DNA from: Candidatus Latescibacterota bacterium
GTDB lineage: Bacteria; Latescibacterota; UBA2968; UBA8231
DNA: 64,000 nt
Direction of reading: 5' to 3'
Assembly: GCA_965261395.1 (NCBI GenBank)
Contig: OZ253462.1
Span: forward strand, 4,640,001 to 4,704,000
Below, piece by piece: positions 1-12,239 of this stretch (the stretch's first letter is position 1; the number at the start of each line of letters is the position of its first letter). A model generated the notes under the pieces. The model ran no database searches. It worked only from the letters and a program-made list of their open reading frames with translations, and was not told where the DNA came from. The position numbers were made by a program, and so were the translations under genes.

Positions 1-2
1 GT

Positions 3-299
3 GCACCCGATATCCAAGTCTTCGAGCTAGTAATCGACATCGACGAGCAGGACGAGCGGCTCAAGCCCGGCATGTCGGCCGAGGTCGAAATCGTCCTCGA
101 AACCATCCTCGAGGCCCTCTCGGTGCCGCTGAATGCCCTCTTCGAGCGCGAGGATGGCCTAGTCGCTTTCCGCCTCGCCAACGGAAAATTCGCCGAAGTG
201 CCCGTAGTGATCGGGCACAAAAACGCCACCGCGGCGGTCGTCGCCTCTGGCTTGGCCGCAGGCGATGTCGTCGCCCTGCAAGACCCCAATACGCGCTAA
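3..299 (+). CDS. Efflux periplasmic adaptor (HlyD/MacA family), 5'-truncated by the window edge
   Basis: Open frame from position 3: APDIQVFELVIDIDEQDERLKPGMSAEVEI...GLAAGDVV, the typical membrane fusion protein C-terminus (LKPGM motif). Confidence 0.85.
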   Translation, partial: APDIQVFELVIDIDEQDERLKPGMSAEVEIVLETILEALSVPLNALFEREDGLVAFRLANGKFAEVPVVIGHKNATAAVVASGLAAGDVVALQDPNTR

Positions 300-315
300 A
301 GCGAAAGAAGCTCTT

Positions 316-1668
316 ATGACCCAGATCAAACGCCGATGGTGGATTCTCGCCCCGCTCTTAGTCCTCGTCCTAGGCGGGGCCTGGCTTGGTGAGCATCTGA
401 TATACAAAGAAGCCGAATCCTCCATCCCTACGTATCCAGTCCAGCAGGGCGAGTTCGTCATCGCGCTCAAGCTCAAGGGCGGCGAGTTGGAAGCGGTAGA
501 GGCCGAAAACGTCGTCGCGCCCCGCGTTAGAGGCCAGCTCAAAATCGTCGAGTTGTTTCCCGAAGGAGAGCAGGTCGCAGTAGGCGACTTATTGGTGCAA
601 TTTGAACAGACGGATTTTCAGAAGCGGGTCATGGACGCCGAGCAGCAGGTCGAGTCCTCCAAGGCCGACCTAGAAAAAACGCAAGCTACCCACAAGGCCG
701 AAATCGCCAAGCTCGAAGCCGATATTGCCAACGAGGAGGCCAATTTGCGCTTGGCCGAGCTGCAGGTAGAGCGCATGGTCTTTGAGGCCACCGTGCAAAA
801 GGAAGAAGCCGAAATTGAGGCCTACAAAGCCAAGCTGAGCCATCAGCAGGCCATCGAAAAGCTGGCCTCGCAAAAGATCGTCAACGGCGCTGAAGTCAAA
901 AAGCGCCAACTCGAAATCGAGCGCAACGAACGCGAGTTGGCAAAGGCGCGCGACGATCTGGCAAGCACGACCATCAAGGCCGAAAAGCCCGGTTTAGTCG
1001 TGTACGGCAAGGTCTGGAAGGGCGAGCGGCCGGAAAAGATCCGCGTCGGCGACGAGATCTGGGGCGGCGTCAACGTCATTTCCCTGCCCGACCTCTCGCA
1101 CATGCAGGTCAAAACCTATGTCAACGAGGTCGAAGTCGATAAGCTCGACACCGGACAAGTCGCCACCATCAAGCTCGACGCCCTGCCCGCACCAGCGTTC
1201 CACGGCAAAATCAATAGCATCGCCTCGCTCGGCCGCGAGAAGGAAGGCGAAAAAAACGTCAAAGTCTTCGACGTGATCATCCAGATCGAAGAAGAAGACG
1301 TCCGCCTCAAACCCGGCATGACCGCCACCTGTCACGTCGTCGTCGAGACCATCCCACCTAGGCCGACGGCCGATCCAGACTCCGTGCAAAGCGAGGCCGC
1401 CGAGGTCGCAACCCCCGCACCCATGCCCCTCTACATCCCCATAGACGCGGTCTTTGAGAAGGATGGGCGCACCCTCGTCTATCGTCTAGTGGGCGGCCAG
1501 CCCAAGGAGCAGGAAGTGAAGCTGGGCCAGAAAAACGAGGACTTTGTCATCGTCGAGGAGGGGCTTGCGCCCGACGACCGCATCGCCCTGCGCGATCCGC
1601 TCCAAGCAGCCGACGCCAGCGGCCTCATGCAGGAGGCCGACGCCTTGCCCCCGCCCCAGGCGCACTAA
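316..1668 (+). CDS. Efflux periplasmic adaptor subunit (HlyD/MacA family)
   Basis: N-terminal TM anchor, lipoyl-like EGEQVAVGDLL, long coiled coil, LKPGMTA motif; ATG at 316 chosen as start. Confidence 0.9.
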   Translation: MTQIKRRWWILAPLLVLVLGGAWLGEHLIYKEAESSIPTYPVQQGEFVIALKLKGGELEAVEAENVVAPRVRGQLKIVELFPEGEQVAVGDLLVQFEQTDFQKRVMDAEQQVESSKADLEKTQATHKAEIAKLEADIANEEANLRLAELQVERMVFEATVQKEEAEIEAYKAKLSHQQAIEKLASQKIVNGAEVKKRQLEIERNERELAKARDDLASTTIKAEKPGLVVYGKVWKGERPEKIRVGDEIWGGVNVISLPDLSHMQVKTYVNEVEVDKLDTGQVATIKLDALPAPAFHGKINSIASLGREKEGEKNVKVFDVIIQIEEEDVRLKPGMTATCHVVVETIPPRPTADPDSVQSEAAEVATPAPMPLYIPIDAVFEKDGRTLVYRLVGGQPKEQEVKLGQKNEDFVIVEEGLAPDDRIALRDPLQAADASGLMQEADALPPPQAH

Positions 1669-2906
1669 TGGACCTACGCGAAACCGTCTCTTTGAGCCTA
1701 GTCGGCCTGCTCTCGCACAAGCTGCGGACCCTGCTGACCATGCTCGGTATCATCTTCGGCGTGGCCGCGGTCATTGCCATGCTGTCCATCGGCGAGGGTG
1801 CCAAGCAGGAATCCCTCGAACAGATCCGTCAGATGGGCATTAGCAATATCATCGTCCAGCACTGGAAAAAAGAAGCCGACGAAGAGACCGACGCCGACCA
1901 GAATCGCTCTCCGGGCCTGACTTGGGACGATGCGCGGTCGATTGCCCGCATCTGCCTTTTGGCCGACTACGTCACCCCCCAGCGCGAACTCAAAGTCAAA
2001 GCCCAAGCCCAAGATCACACCTTCCGTACCATGGTGGTGGGCACGACCCCCGACTATCTGACCGTGCTCGACGCCCGCATGGGCAGCGGGGTGTTTTTTT
2101 CCACCGAGGACCTGAAAGACGCCAAGCGCGTCTGCGTATTGGGCGCAGACGCCAAGCGGGCGCTGTTCTTTTTTCACAATCCCTTGGGCGGCCGGGTCAA
2201 AATTCGCAACCAGTGGTTTACGGTCATCGGCGTGCTCCAAGACAAGGGCGCGGCCGGCGGCAAAATCGGCGGGGTGCTCGAAGTGCGCAACACCGACGAG
2301 GACATCTACGTCCCGCTGACGGCCCTGCTCAACCGCTTCCACCGAGAGTCGGGCGCGCCCGAGCTAACCCAAGTCACCATCAAGATCCCCAACTCCGACC
2401 AACTGCCAGAGGCCGCGGCCATCGTCCGCACCATCCTCAACCGGCGACATCGCGGCGTCGAGGACTTCAAGATCGCCATTCCCGAAGAGCTGTTGCGCCA
2501 AAGCCAGAAAACTCAGCAGATCTTCAACATCGTCATGGGCTGCATCGCCGGCATCTCCCTGTTGGTCGGCGGCATCGGCATTATGAACATCATGTTGGCC
2601 TCGGTGCTCGAGCGCACGCGCGAAATCGGCATCCGCCGCGCCTTGGGCGCACGGCGGCGCGACATCCTCTCGCAGTTTTTGGTCGAATCGCTGTTGGTTA
2701 GCTTAATCGGCGGCCTGATTGGAGTGGTGCTGGGCTACGCCATCCCGGAAGTGATCACCCTGTACGCGGGCTGGCGCACCATCGTCCAGCCCTGGACCAT
2801 TGCCCTCGCCGTTGGGGTCTCGGCCGCGGTCGGCATTGGTTTTGGCATCTACCCGGCCCGTCAAGCCGCCTTCCTCAACCCCATAGACGCCCTGCGCTAC
2901 GAATAG
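1668..2906 (+). CDS. ABC transporter permease (MacB/FtsX family)
   Basis: KLRTLLTMLGIIFGVAAVIAM, SLLVGGIGIMNIMLASVLERTREIGIRRALGA and C-terminal LNPIDALRYE signatures. Confidence 0.95.
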   Translation: MDLRETVSLSLVGLLSHKLRTLLTMLGIIFGVAAVIAMLSIGEGAKQESLEQIRQMGISNIIVQHWKKEADEETDADQNRSPGLTWDDARSIARICLLADYVTPQRELKVKAQAQDHTFRTMVVGTTPDYLTVLDARMGSGVFFSTEDLKDAKRVCVLGADAKRALFFFHNPLGGRVKIRNQWFTVIGVLQDKGAAGGKIGGVLEVRNTDEDIYVPLTALLNRFHRESGAPELTQVTIKIPNSDQLPEAAAIVRTILNRRHRGVEDFKIAIPEELLRQSQKTQQIFNIVMGCIAGISLLVGGIGIMNIMLASVLERTREIGIRRALGARRRDILSQFLVESLLVSLIGGLIGVVLGYAIPEVITLYAGWRTIVQPWTIALAVGVSAAVGIGFGIYPARQAAFLNPIDALRYE

Positions 2907-2969
2907 CCTTTTGACGACGACCACCGTGTGTCCTTACTTACTTAGCCCACCCGCAAGCGAGGAGGCCGC

Positions 2970-3158
2970 ATGATCCGCTTTAAGAGAGAAGAAATCGAAC
3001 AGATGCTCGAAGAGCGCAAACCCAACATCAACCTGACCACTTATCAGCACATCAAAAAGGCCATTGACCAAGGCACGGAGAACATGGACCCGTACACCCT
3101 GTCCAATATATGCCGAGATCTCAAGTGCCTGCCCACCGACATCGTCGAATATGTCTGA
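2970..3158 (+). CDS. Small protein with a Cro/C1 (YozG-like) C-terminal half
   Basis: Strong RBS (GGAGG); TLSNICRDLKCLPTDIVEY resembles the end of YozG/HTH_26 proteins. Confidence 0.6.
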   Translation: MIRFKREEIEQMLEERKPNINLTTYQHIKKAIDQGTENMDPYTLSNICRDLKCLPTDIVEYV

Positions 3159-3197
3159 GGGCCTCGTTGCTCTGCACCACCGCTCAGGCGCGTTCCA

Positions 3198-3554
3198 ATG
3201 CAGGCCCTAGGCCGCCATCTACTCGTCGATCTCTATGGCTGCAACCGCGAGCGACTCGACGATCCAGACTATATCGCCGCCGAGCTGCAGGCCGCAGCCC
3301 AAGCGGCCGGCACCCGCGTCTTGGGCACGGCGTTTCATCGCTTCAGTCCGGGGGGAGTCACCGGCGTGCTCATCGTCCAAGAGAGCCATTTGGCCGTCCA
3401 CACGTGGCCCGAGCGCGGTTATGCCGCCCTCGACCTCTTTACCTGCGGCCACCAGACAGACCCGTGGGCAGCCTATCAACGGCTCAAGCGCGCCTTCGCC
3501 GCAACGCGGGACAATGTAGTGGAAGTCAGCCGAGGGTTGCAGGTGAGCGAGTGA
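3198..3554 (+). CDS. speD: S-adenosylmethionine decarboxylase proenzyme (pyruvoyl-dependent, class 1B)
   Basis: GRHLLVDLYGC, GVTGVLIVQESHLAVHTWPE (ES|H self-cleavage site), DLFTCG. Confidence 0.9.
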   Translation: MQALGRHLLVDLYGCNRERLDDPDYIAAELQAAAQAAGTRVLGTAFHRFSPGGVTGVLIVQESHLAVHTWPERGYAALDLFTCGHQTDPWAAYQRLKRAFAATRDNVVEVSRGLQVSE

Positions 3555-3615
3555 GGTTCCTCGTCCCCAAAATCCCCTGTACCCTATAAAACGCGGAAAA
3601 GCTAGCTAGAGCGGG

Positions 3616-4506
3616 CTATTCCTCACCCTCTAACATGCAGCGTAGGTAGACCCGGAACGCCTCAGTGCGTTCCTCAACCACGGCCCGTAGCTGGAGAATT
3701 TCCTGCTGACGGGCCTTTAGTTTGTGAATTTTCAATGCGACTTCGGCGATCGACGATTCGAGATCAAATTCGGCCAAGGATTCGTCTCGCCTGAGAAACC
3801 GCACTTGCTCGCGCGGCTGTTCTCCACTGACCAAAACCCGCTCCTCGGGCCGCCGCGCTTTGGCCCGTGTCTGCTCCGCCCGAGCGCACAGCCGGTGCTC
3901 GGCCTCCAAGCGGCGCAGCAGGTCGGCGTTGACGCTCCATTCGGCCTTGAGGCGGTCAGCTATATCCTCCAATAGCGCTTGCTTTTGCTGGAGTTCGTCC
4001 GGCCCGTCATCCACCTCAATCTGCATCTGATCGTTGTAGTGCAAGTTCGCGCTGTAGATCCCGACCCCGAGCAGCTCCCGTGCCTCCTGATAGAGCGTAA
4101 GTTGGGCCGACAGGCCCCGATCTGGCTGCTCGGCTAACTTCTGGATGAGCACGCCGATTTCCCAGTCGTAGGCGAGGCACAAGCGCTCGGCCAAACTGTC
4201 CTGCCGCGCCTCTAAAGCCACCAACTTCCAGTCGATTTGGACCATGTGCTGCACCAACCTGAGTGAGGAGCGCAGGGCTTTCCATAGCTTCGCGGAATCC
4301 ACTGCACTCAGCTTCAGGCTGTCGATAAGGGCCGACAGTGCTTCGGCTTTGGCCGCAACCCGCAAGCGCTGGCCGGCGAGGGAATCGCGCTGGCTTTCCA
4401 AGGCGCGATATTGGGCCTTTAGGTCGCCCAACCCAACCGAATCCCCATGCAAGGATCCGGGCAGTGCCTGCCCCAAGACCAATAAAAAAATGAATGAGCT
4501 TTTCAT
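3616..4506 (-). CDS. Secreted coiled-coil hypothetical protein
   Basis: Signal-peptide-like N-terminus, heptad-rich body, starts 2 nt after the regulator stop. Confidence 0.7.
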   Translation of the reverse strand: MKSSFIFLLVLGQALPGSLHGDSVGLGDLKAQYRALESQRDSLAGQRLRVAAKAEALSALIDSLKLSAVDSAKLWKALRSSLRLVQHMVQIDWKLVALEARQDSLAERLCLAYDWEIGVLIQKLAEQPDRGLSAQLTLYQEARELLGVGIYSANLHYNDQMQIEVDDGPDELQQKQALLEDIADRLKAEWSVNADLLRRLEAEHRLCARAEQTRAKARRPEERVLVSGEQPREQVRFLRRDESLAEFDLESSIAEVALKIHKLKARQQEILQLRAVVEERTEAFRVYLRCMLEGEE

Positions 4507-4508
4507 CG

Positions 4509-5938
<1,430 letters not shown>

Positions 5939-5954
<16 letters not shown>

Positions 5955-7435
5955 GGCACCCCATCTTTGGACTGCGGCAGGCTCAGGCGGCACACCGTGC
6001 CCTCGCCTTGCCGACTGTCTATTTCGATCCGACCGCGGTTTTCCTCGACTGCCCGCGCCACTACCGCCATCCCCAAACCCGATCCCTTCTCTTTGGTGGT
6101 AAAGAAAGGCTCGAAAAGGCGCGCCTGCACCTCCTCCGACATCCCTGGGCCATCGTCGGCTACCTCGACGACGACCTCCTCGCCTGCGGCGGTGGCCCGC
6201 ACCGTCAAGTGCCCGCCATCGCGCATGGCCTGGACGGCGTTTTTCATCAGATTGACTAGCGCCCGCTCCACCTGCTCGGCGTCGATGTAGCACAGCAAAT
6301 CAGGCGCGACGTGTTCCTCGTAGCTAATGCCCGCCGCCTGAATTTCCGGGGCCAGCAAAAAGGCCGCGTCGGCCACCAGCGGGGCTAGTGCCGTCGGCTG
6401 CGGCTGCGGCTGTGGCTGCGCCGGCCGGGCAAATTCGAGAAACTCGGAAATTACGCCGTTGAGCTGGCGCACTTCCTCGATGACCTTCTCGATGTGTCGC
6501 TTGCGCTCGTCGCGGGCGGGCAAGTCGCCGGCGATCAGCTCGGCGTATAGCTCAATGCTGCCCAGCGGATTGCGGATCTCGTGGGCAACGCCGCCCAGCA
6601 TGAGGCGCAGTTGGGCGTCGCGGGCGACCAGTTTGCTCCGCATCTCTTCCATCGCTTCGCCCAAATAGCCGATTTCGTCGTCGGACGCGGTGACCACCTC
6701 TTGGTCCATGTTGCCCCGGCCGATTTCGCGCGCGGCCTCGACCAGCTTTTGGATGGGCCGCGTCAGCGTCCGCGCCAACCCCCACGCCACCCCGACGGTG
6801 AGCAACGCACCCAATCCGGCAAAGATCAGCACCGACCGCCCGAAGACGCGGATGGAGTCCACAAACCCGGCCCCGATTTCGACTCCGACGGCTGCGACCA
6901 CCTCGTCGCGGTAAAAGATCGGGGCGTAGCCCGTCATGTACGGGACATCGCCGTCGTAAAAAAGCACCGAATGCGCGGTATGGCCCTGCCAAACTCTCTC
7001 CAACTCCCGGCGGTGGAAGAGCAGATTGGGGTACTCTTGACCAATGGGCATCAGGCCATCCGTGTCGAGCAGCGAGCGGTACTGGCGATCAAAAACGAAG
7101 ATGTGACGGGCACCGACCCCTTGTTCGGCGCGCTGCAATTTACCCACTAGGTTCCGATAGAGGTTGGAGTGCTCGCGTTTCGGGTGCAGGTAGCGCAGCA
7201 CGTTGCCGGACAAATTCGTGCTCACCAGCGTGGCAACCGATACGAGGTGGTCGCGCATCTGCCGCTCCAAGCTGCGGTCCGTCAGCTCGAAGAGCACCCA
7301 GCCCGAGAGCCCCACGACGACCATAACCAGCAGCACGAAACTCAGAATCAGCTTGTGGCCGATCCGCGTCCGCGGACGCTCGCCGGAAGCAGGCTTGCCC
7401 TTGGTCATTTGGACAGACTCGACAAATTGGCGCAT
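5939..7435 (-). CDS. HAMP-domain sensor histidine kinase
   Basis: Two TM segments, HAMP, AHEIRNPL H-box, NLMKNA N-box, DDGPG, FFTTKEKGSGLG. Confidence 0.93.
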
Positions 7436-7567
7436 CCTATTTGGTAATGTACCGTCTTAAAAAAGGACTAACAAGCGGAGTAATGGTTCTCGCTGACCAT
7501 GCCTAAAATAAAAAATAAGGTTGGGCCGAGACTACCAACTCAACCTCTGCTAAAAAAAGAATACTAC

Positions 7568-8290
7568 ATGAAATATATCATATTGGCCGCATGTTGCTTT
7601 TTGCTAGCCTGCAGCGACTCCGATAGCGACCAAGGCGAGGTGACCGTCCACTTCAACCACACCGTCGCCGGTGCCGGTCTCCAGCACGAGGATATCCTCT
7701 ACACCAACGCCGCCGGCAACGAATACGGCGTCACGCGCCTGGAGTACATCGTCTCGGATATCGCCTTAGAGACGACCGGGGGCAAGCGCGTCGAATTGGC
7801 CGAATTCCACTACCGCGACGCCTTTGCCGATGCGACCCGCAGCATCGTCGCCCAAGTCCCCGGTGGCGAATACGCAACCCTGCACTTCACCTTTGGCATC
7901 GACAAAGCCAAAAACGAGATCGGCGCACTGCCGAGCGTCGATCACTTCAACAATATGGCTTGGCCGGCCCCTATGGGCGGCGGCTACCACTACATGCGCA
8001 TGGAGGGCCTCTTCCGCACCGACGACGGCGAAGGAGCCTTTCTCACGCACACCGGGCCGGCGGGCGGGGAAGACTTTTCGTTTGCCGTCTCTTTGCCGCT
8101 CTCGCTAACGATCAACGGGGACCAATCGACTATCGCCGTAGTCATGGACCTCAACGAGTGGTACGTCGCGCCCACCCTGTATGACTTTAACGGCCGCGGC
8201 GGGATTATGGGCAATGCCGACGCACAATTGACCTTGCAGGGCAACGGCGCTACGGTCTTTTTCCTAGGGCCCATTCAGACAGTAGAATAG
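7568..8290 (+). CDS. MbnP-family lipoprotein (putative copper-binding)
   Basis: Lipobox LLAC; MAWPAPMGGGYHYMRMEG and H-T-G motifs; directly upstream of a di-heme peroxidase as in mbnP-mbnH pairs. Confidence 0.75.
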   Translation: MKYIILAACCFLLACSDSDSDQGEVTVHFNHTVAGAGLQHEDILYTNAAGNEYGVTRLEYIVSDIALETTGGKRVELAEFHYRDAFADATRSIVAQVPGGEYATLHFTFGIDKAKNEIGALPSVDHFNNMAWPAPMGGGYHYMRMEGLFRTDDGEGAFLTHTGPAGGEDFSFAVSLPLSLTINGDQSTIAVVMDLNEWYVAPTLYDFNGRGGIMGNADAQLTLQGNGATVFFLGPIQTVE

Positions 8291-8294
8291 CTCT

Positions 8295-9305
8295 ATGAGA
8301 TTTTCGCCCCTGTTCCTGCTGCTAGGGCTAGTCGCCTGCGGCAATGACGCCGGCGTCCAGCCGGCCGAGCAACCGGCCCCAACGCCCTACGAACTGACCG
8401 TACCGGCGGGATTTCCCGCGCCGACAATTCCGCCCGACAATCTGCTAACCGTCGAGGGCATCGCCCTTGGCAAGCGGCTATTTGCCGATCCCATCCTATC
8501 CGTCGATAGCACCATAGCCTGCGCCTCGTGCCACCTGCCCGCCCACGCCTTCTCCGATCCGCAGCCCTTTAGCCAAGGCGTCGGCGGTGTCACCAGCCGC
8601 AACTCCATGCCGCTTTTTAACGTGCTCTGGAGCTCGTCCTTTTTCTGGGACGGACGCGCGGCCAGCCTCGAAGACCAAGCCCTCGAACCCGTGCAGCAGC
8701 CCGTAGAAATGGGCGAGGATTGGGACCGCGCGGTGGCCAAACTGGAGCGGCACGCCGAATATCCCGCGCTCTTCGCCCGCGCCTTTGGCGACGCGCCCAT
8801 CAACCGGCAACTCGTCGTCCAAGCCATCGCCCAATTTGAGCGCACCCTCATTTCGGCGGACAGCAAATACGATCGCTGGCTGGCTGGCCAAGCGGCGTTT
8901 GCTCCAGAAGAAGAACGGGGCTTTCTCCTCTTTCACACCGAGGCCGGCGACTGCTTTCACTGCCACGGCGCGCCGCTTTTCACCGACAACGGGTTCCATA
9001 ACAACGGACTGGACCTCGACCCTCCAGACGCTGGGTTGGCCGCGCTCACCGGGAAACGCCTCGACCGCGGCAAATTCAAGACGCCCACCCTGCGCAACGT
9101 AGAATACACCGCGCCCTATATGCACGATGGCCGCTTCCAGACCCTCGAAGAGGTCGTCGAGCACTACGACTCCGGCTTTCACCGCACGGTCCTCACCGAC
9201 CCGCTGCTGCTCGTCCGGCCCACCCTCGACCTCGCTCCGGCCGACAAACGCGCCCTAGTGGCCTTTTTGAAAACCCTTTCCGATCCTCAATTACAGGCTC
9301 CGTGA
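8295..9305 (+). CDS. Di-heme cytochrome c peroxidase/MauG family (MbnH-like) lipoprotein
   Basis: Two CxxCH motifs (CASCH, CFHCH), FWDGRA, FKTPTLRN, TAPYMHDG. Confidence 0.9.
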   Translation: MRFSPLFLLLGLVACGNDAGVQPAEQPAPTPYELTVPAGFPAPTIPPDNLLTVEGIALGKRLFADPILSVDSTIACASCHLPAHAFSDPQPFSQGVGGVTSRNSMPLFNVLWSSSFFWDGRAASLEDQALEPVQQPVEMGEDWDRAVAKLERHAEYPALFARAFGDAPINRQLVVQAIAQFERTLISADSKYDRWLAGQAAFAPEEERGFLLFHTEAGDCFHCHGAPLFTDNGFHNNGLDLDPPDAGLAALTGKRLDRGKFKTPTLRNVEYTAPYMHDGRFQTLEEVVEHYDSGFHRTVLTDPLLLVRPTLDLAPADKRALVAFLKTLSDPQLQAP

Positions 9306-9345
9306 CGCGCTTATGTCTTTGTTTCTTCTATTAGTTACTTTTCTC

Positions 9346-9373
9346 TTGATTAAGCCTCAGAATTTCGTATAAT
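9346..9373 (+). promoter_or_regulatory. Sigma70-type promoter for the HU/IHF gene
   Basis: TTGATT-N16-TATAAT in an AT-rich intergenic stretch. Confidence 0.65.
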
Positions 9374-9431
9374 ACAAGCACTTATGAATAAAATCAGCGC
9401 AGATTCAACTCCTCATCCTAGAGAGGTTTTA

Positions 9432-9770
9432 GTGGCCACGATAACCAAGAAGGACCTAGCGCGGTCGGTAGCTGACACGCTCGGCTGCAAAAACAACCTG
9501 ACCTTGCAGATGGTCGATAGCCTCTTTGAGACCATGCGCGAAACGCTCATCGATGGAAACCGCATTGAGATCAGGGGGTTCGGCGTCCTCGAAGTCAAAG
9601 ACACCAAGCCCAAGCCCGCGGCGCGCAACCCGCGCACCGGCGAGGTCGTGTACGTGCCCGCTCGCCGCAAGACCCACTTCAAGCCGGGCAAACAGCTCAA
9701 AGAAGCCCTACACGACACCCGCTCTGCCAACCAAGCCGTGCCAGACCCTGGCGGCTCTTGGTCCTCCTGA
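9432..9770 (+). CDS. HU/IHF family DNA-binding protein
   Basis: TITKKDL, RIEIRGFG, ARNPRTGE, FKPGKQLK; GTG start after GAGG. Confidence 0.93.
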   Translation: MATITKKDLARSVADTLGCKNNLTLQMVDSLFETMRETLIDGNRIEIRGFGVLEVKDTKPKPAARNPRTGEVVYVPARRKTHFKPGKQLKEALHDTRSANQAVPDPGGSWSS

Positions 9771-9798
9771 TATCGTTGGAAATTCGTCCCTCAACATT

Positions 9799-9829
9799 AA
9801 AAGCCGGCTCGTTGCGAGTCGGCTTTTTT
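9799..9829 (+). terminator. Rho-independent terminator
   Basis: aaaagccggctcg-ttg-cgagtcggctttttt hairpin with T-tract after the HU/IHF gene. Confidence 0.85.
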
Positions 9830-9850
9830 CGTATATGCGTTGGCCTTGCA

Positions 9851-10870
9851 GTGTTAATGGCTTCCAGCGTCCGCGCCGAGCAACGCCTGCACATCGGCGC
9901 TGATCCGCGCATCGAATTGCTCACCGCGGTCCAACTCCTCAGCCAGTATCGCTATCTGACGCCCTATCGGCTGGATTACGCGCGCGACCTCATCACCCAC
10001 TTCTCGCGCTATCCCCCCCAGCAGGCCGTCGCCCTCTTTCGCAGCCTGAGCTTGGACACGGGGTGGTCCGATGCCTACCCCACCGCCATGCTCTACCTGT
10101 CCGACCCACCCATACTAGAACCAACCCAACCCATTCCCCCCCATATCTTTCGCGCCTTCCGCGGCGAGGAAAACTTCGCGCGCTTCGTCCACGCCTTGCG
10201 CAATTTTGCTCGCCAGACCCAATTCAACCACTTCTTCACCCGCAGCCAAAAGCTCTATAGCCTCCTCAGAGCACGCCTCCTTGAGGAACTGGCCGGTGCC
10301 GATCCCACCGGCGAAGTCGAGGCCTATTTCGGCACCCGCCAACTTAGTTACCACCTCGTCCTCAGCCCGCTTTTGCACCACGGTGGGTTTGGCCCGCACA
10401 TCGGCCGCCCTGGAGGGCCGTACGATGTCTATACGCTGCTCGGCCCCACAGATGCCACGCACGGCCTGCCCGAATACGGCCCCCGCGATCAACTTTTGCA
10501 GATTATATGGCACGAGTTCAGCCACGCCTTCGTCAACCCCCTCAGCGAAGAGTACTATCCAATGCTGAGGCCCCATGCCGATCTATTCGCCCCGCTGGCC
10601 GAACAGATGGCCGGTATCGGCTATACCCACTGGTTCGACTGTGCCAATGAACACCTCATCCGCGCCGTCACCGCGCGCCTTGCCCATCATCACCTTGGCG
10701 CGGAAGCGGGCCGCCTGGCACTGCGCGAAGAATCCGGCCGCGGCTTCCGCTACATCCACGCCATCGCCCGCCGCCTCGAAGAATACGAATCCCAGCGCGA
10801 CCGCTACCCGACCTTCGCCGCCTTCTTCCCCCGCTTAATCGCCGTCTTTGCCGAGCTTACTCCCGAGGCT

Positions 10871-10882
<12 letters not shown>
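9851..10882 (+). CDS. DUF4932-like putative metallopeptidase
   Basis: DPRIELL N-terminal motif, HEFSH zinc-binding motif, downstream NEHLIRA; start codon uncertain. Confidence 0.7.
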
Positions 10883-12202
<1,320 letters not shown>

Positions 12203-12239
12203 GACACAGGCTCCTTCTACCGCCCGCTGCGGAGCGGGT

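Noticed and set aside
5955-6293. N-terminal extension of the 594-aa regulator ORF
   Set aside because: Overlaps the kinase in another frame; the receiver domain starts at 5954
6396-6420. (CAGCCG)n repeat encoding QPQPQPQP as a phase-variation tract
   Set aside because: A 6-bp in-frame unit in a linker cannot switch the reading frame
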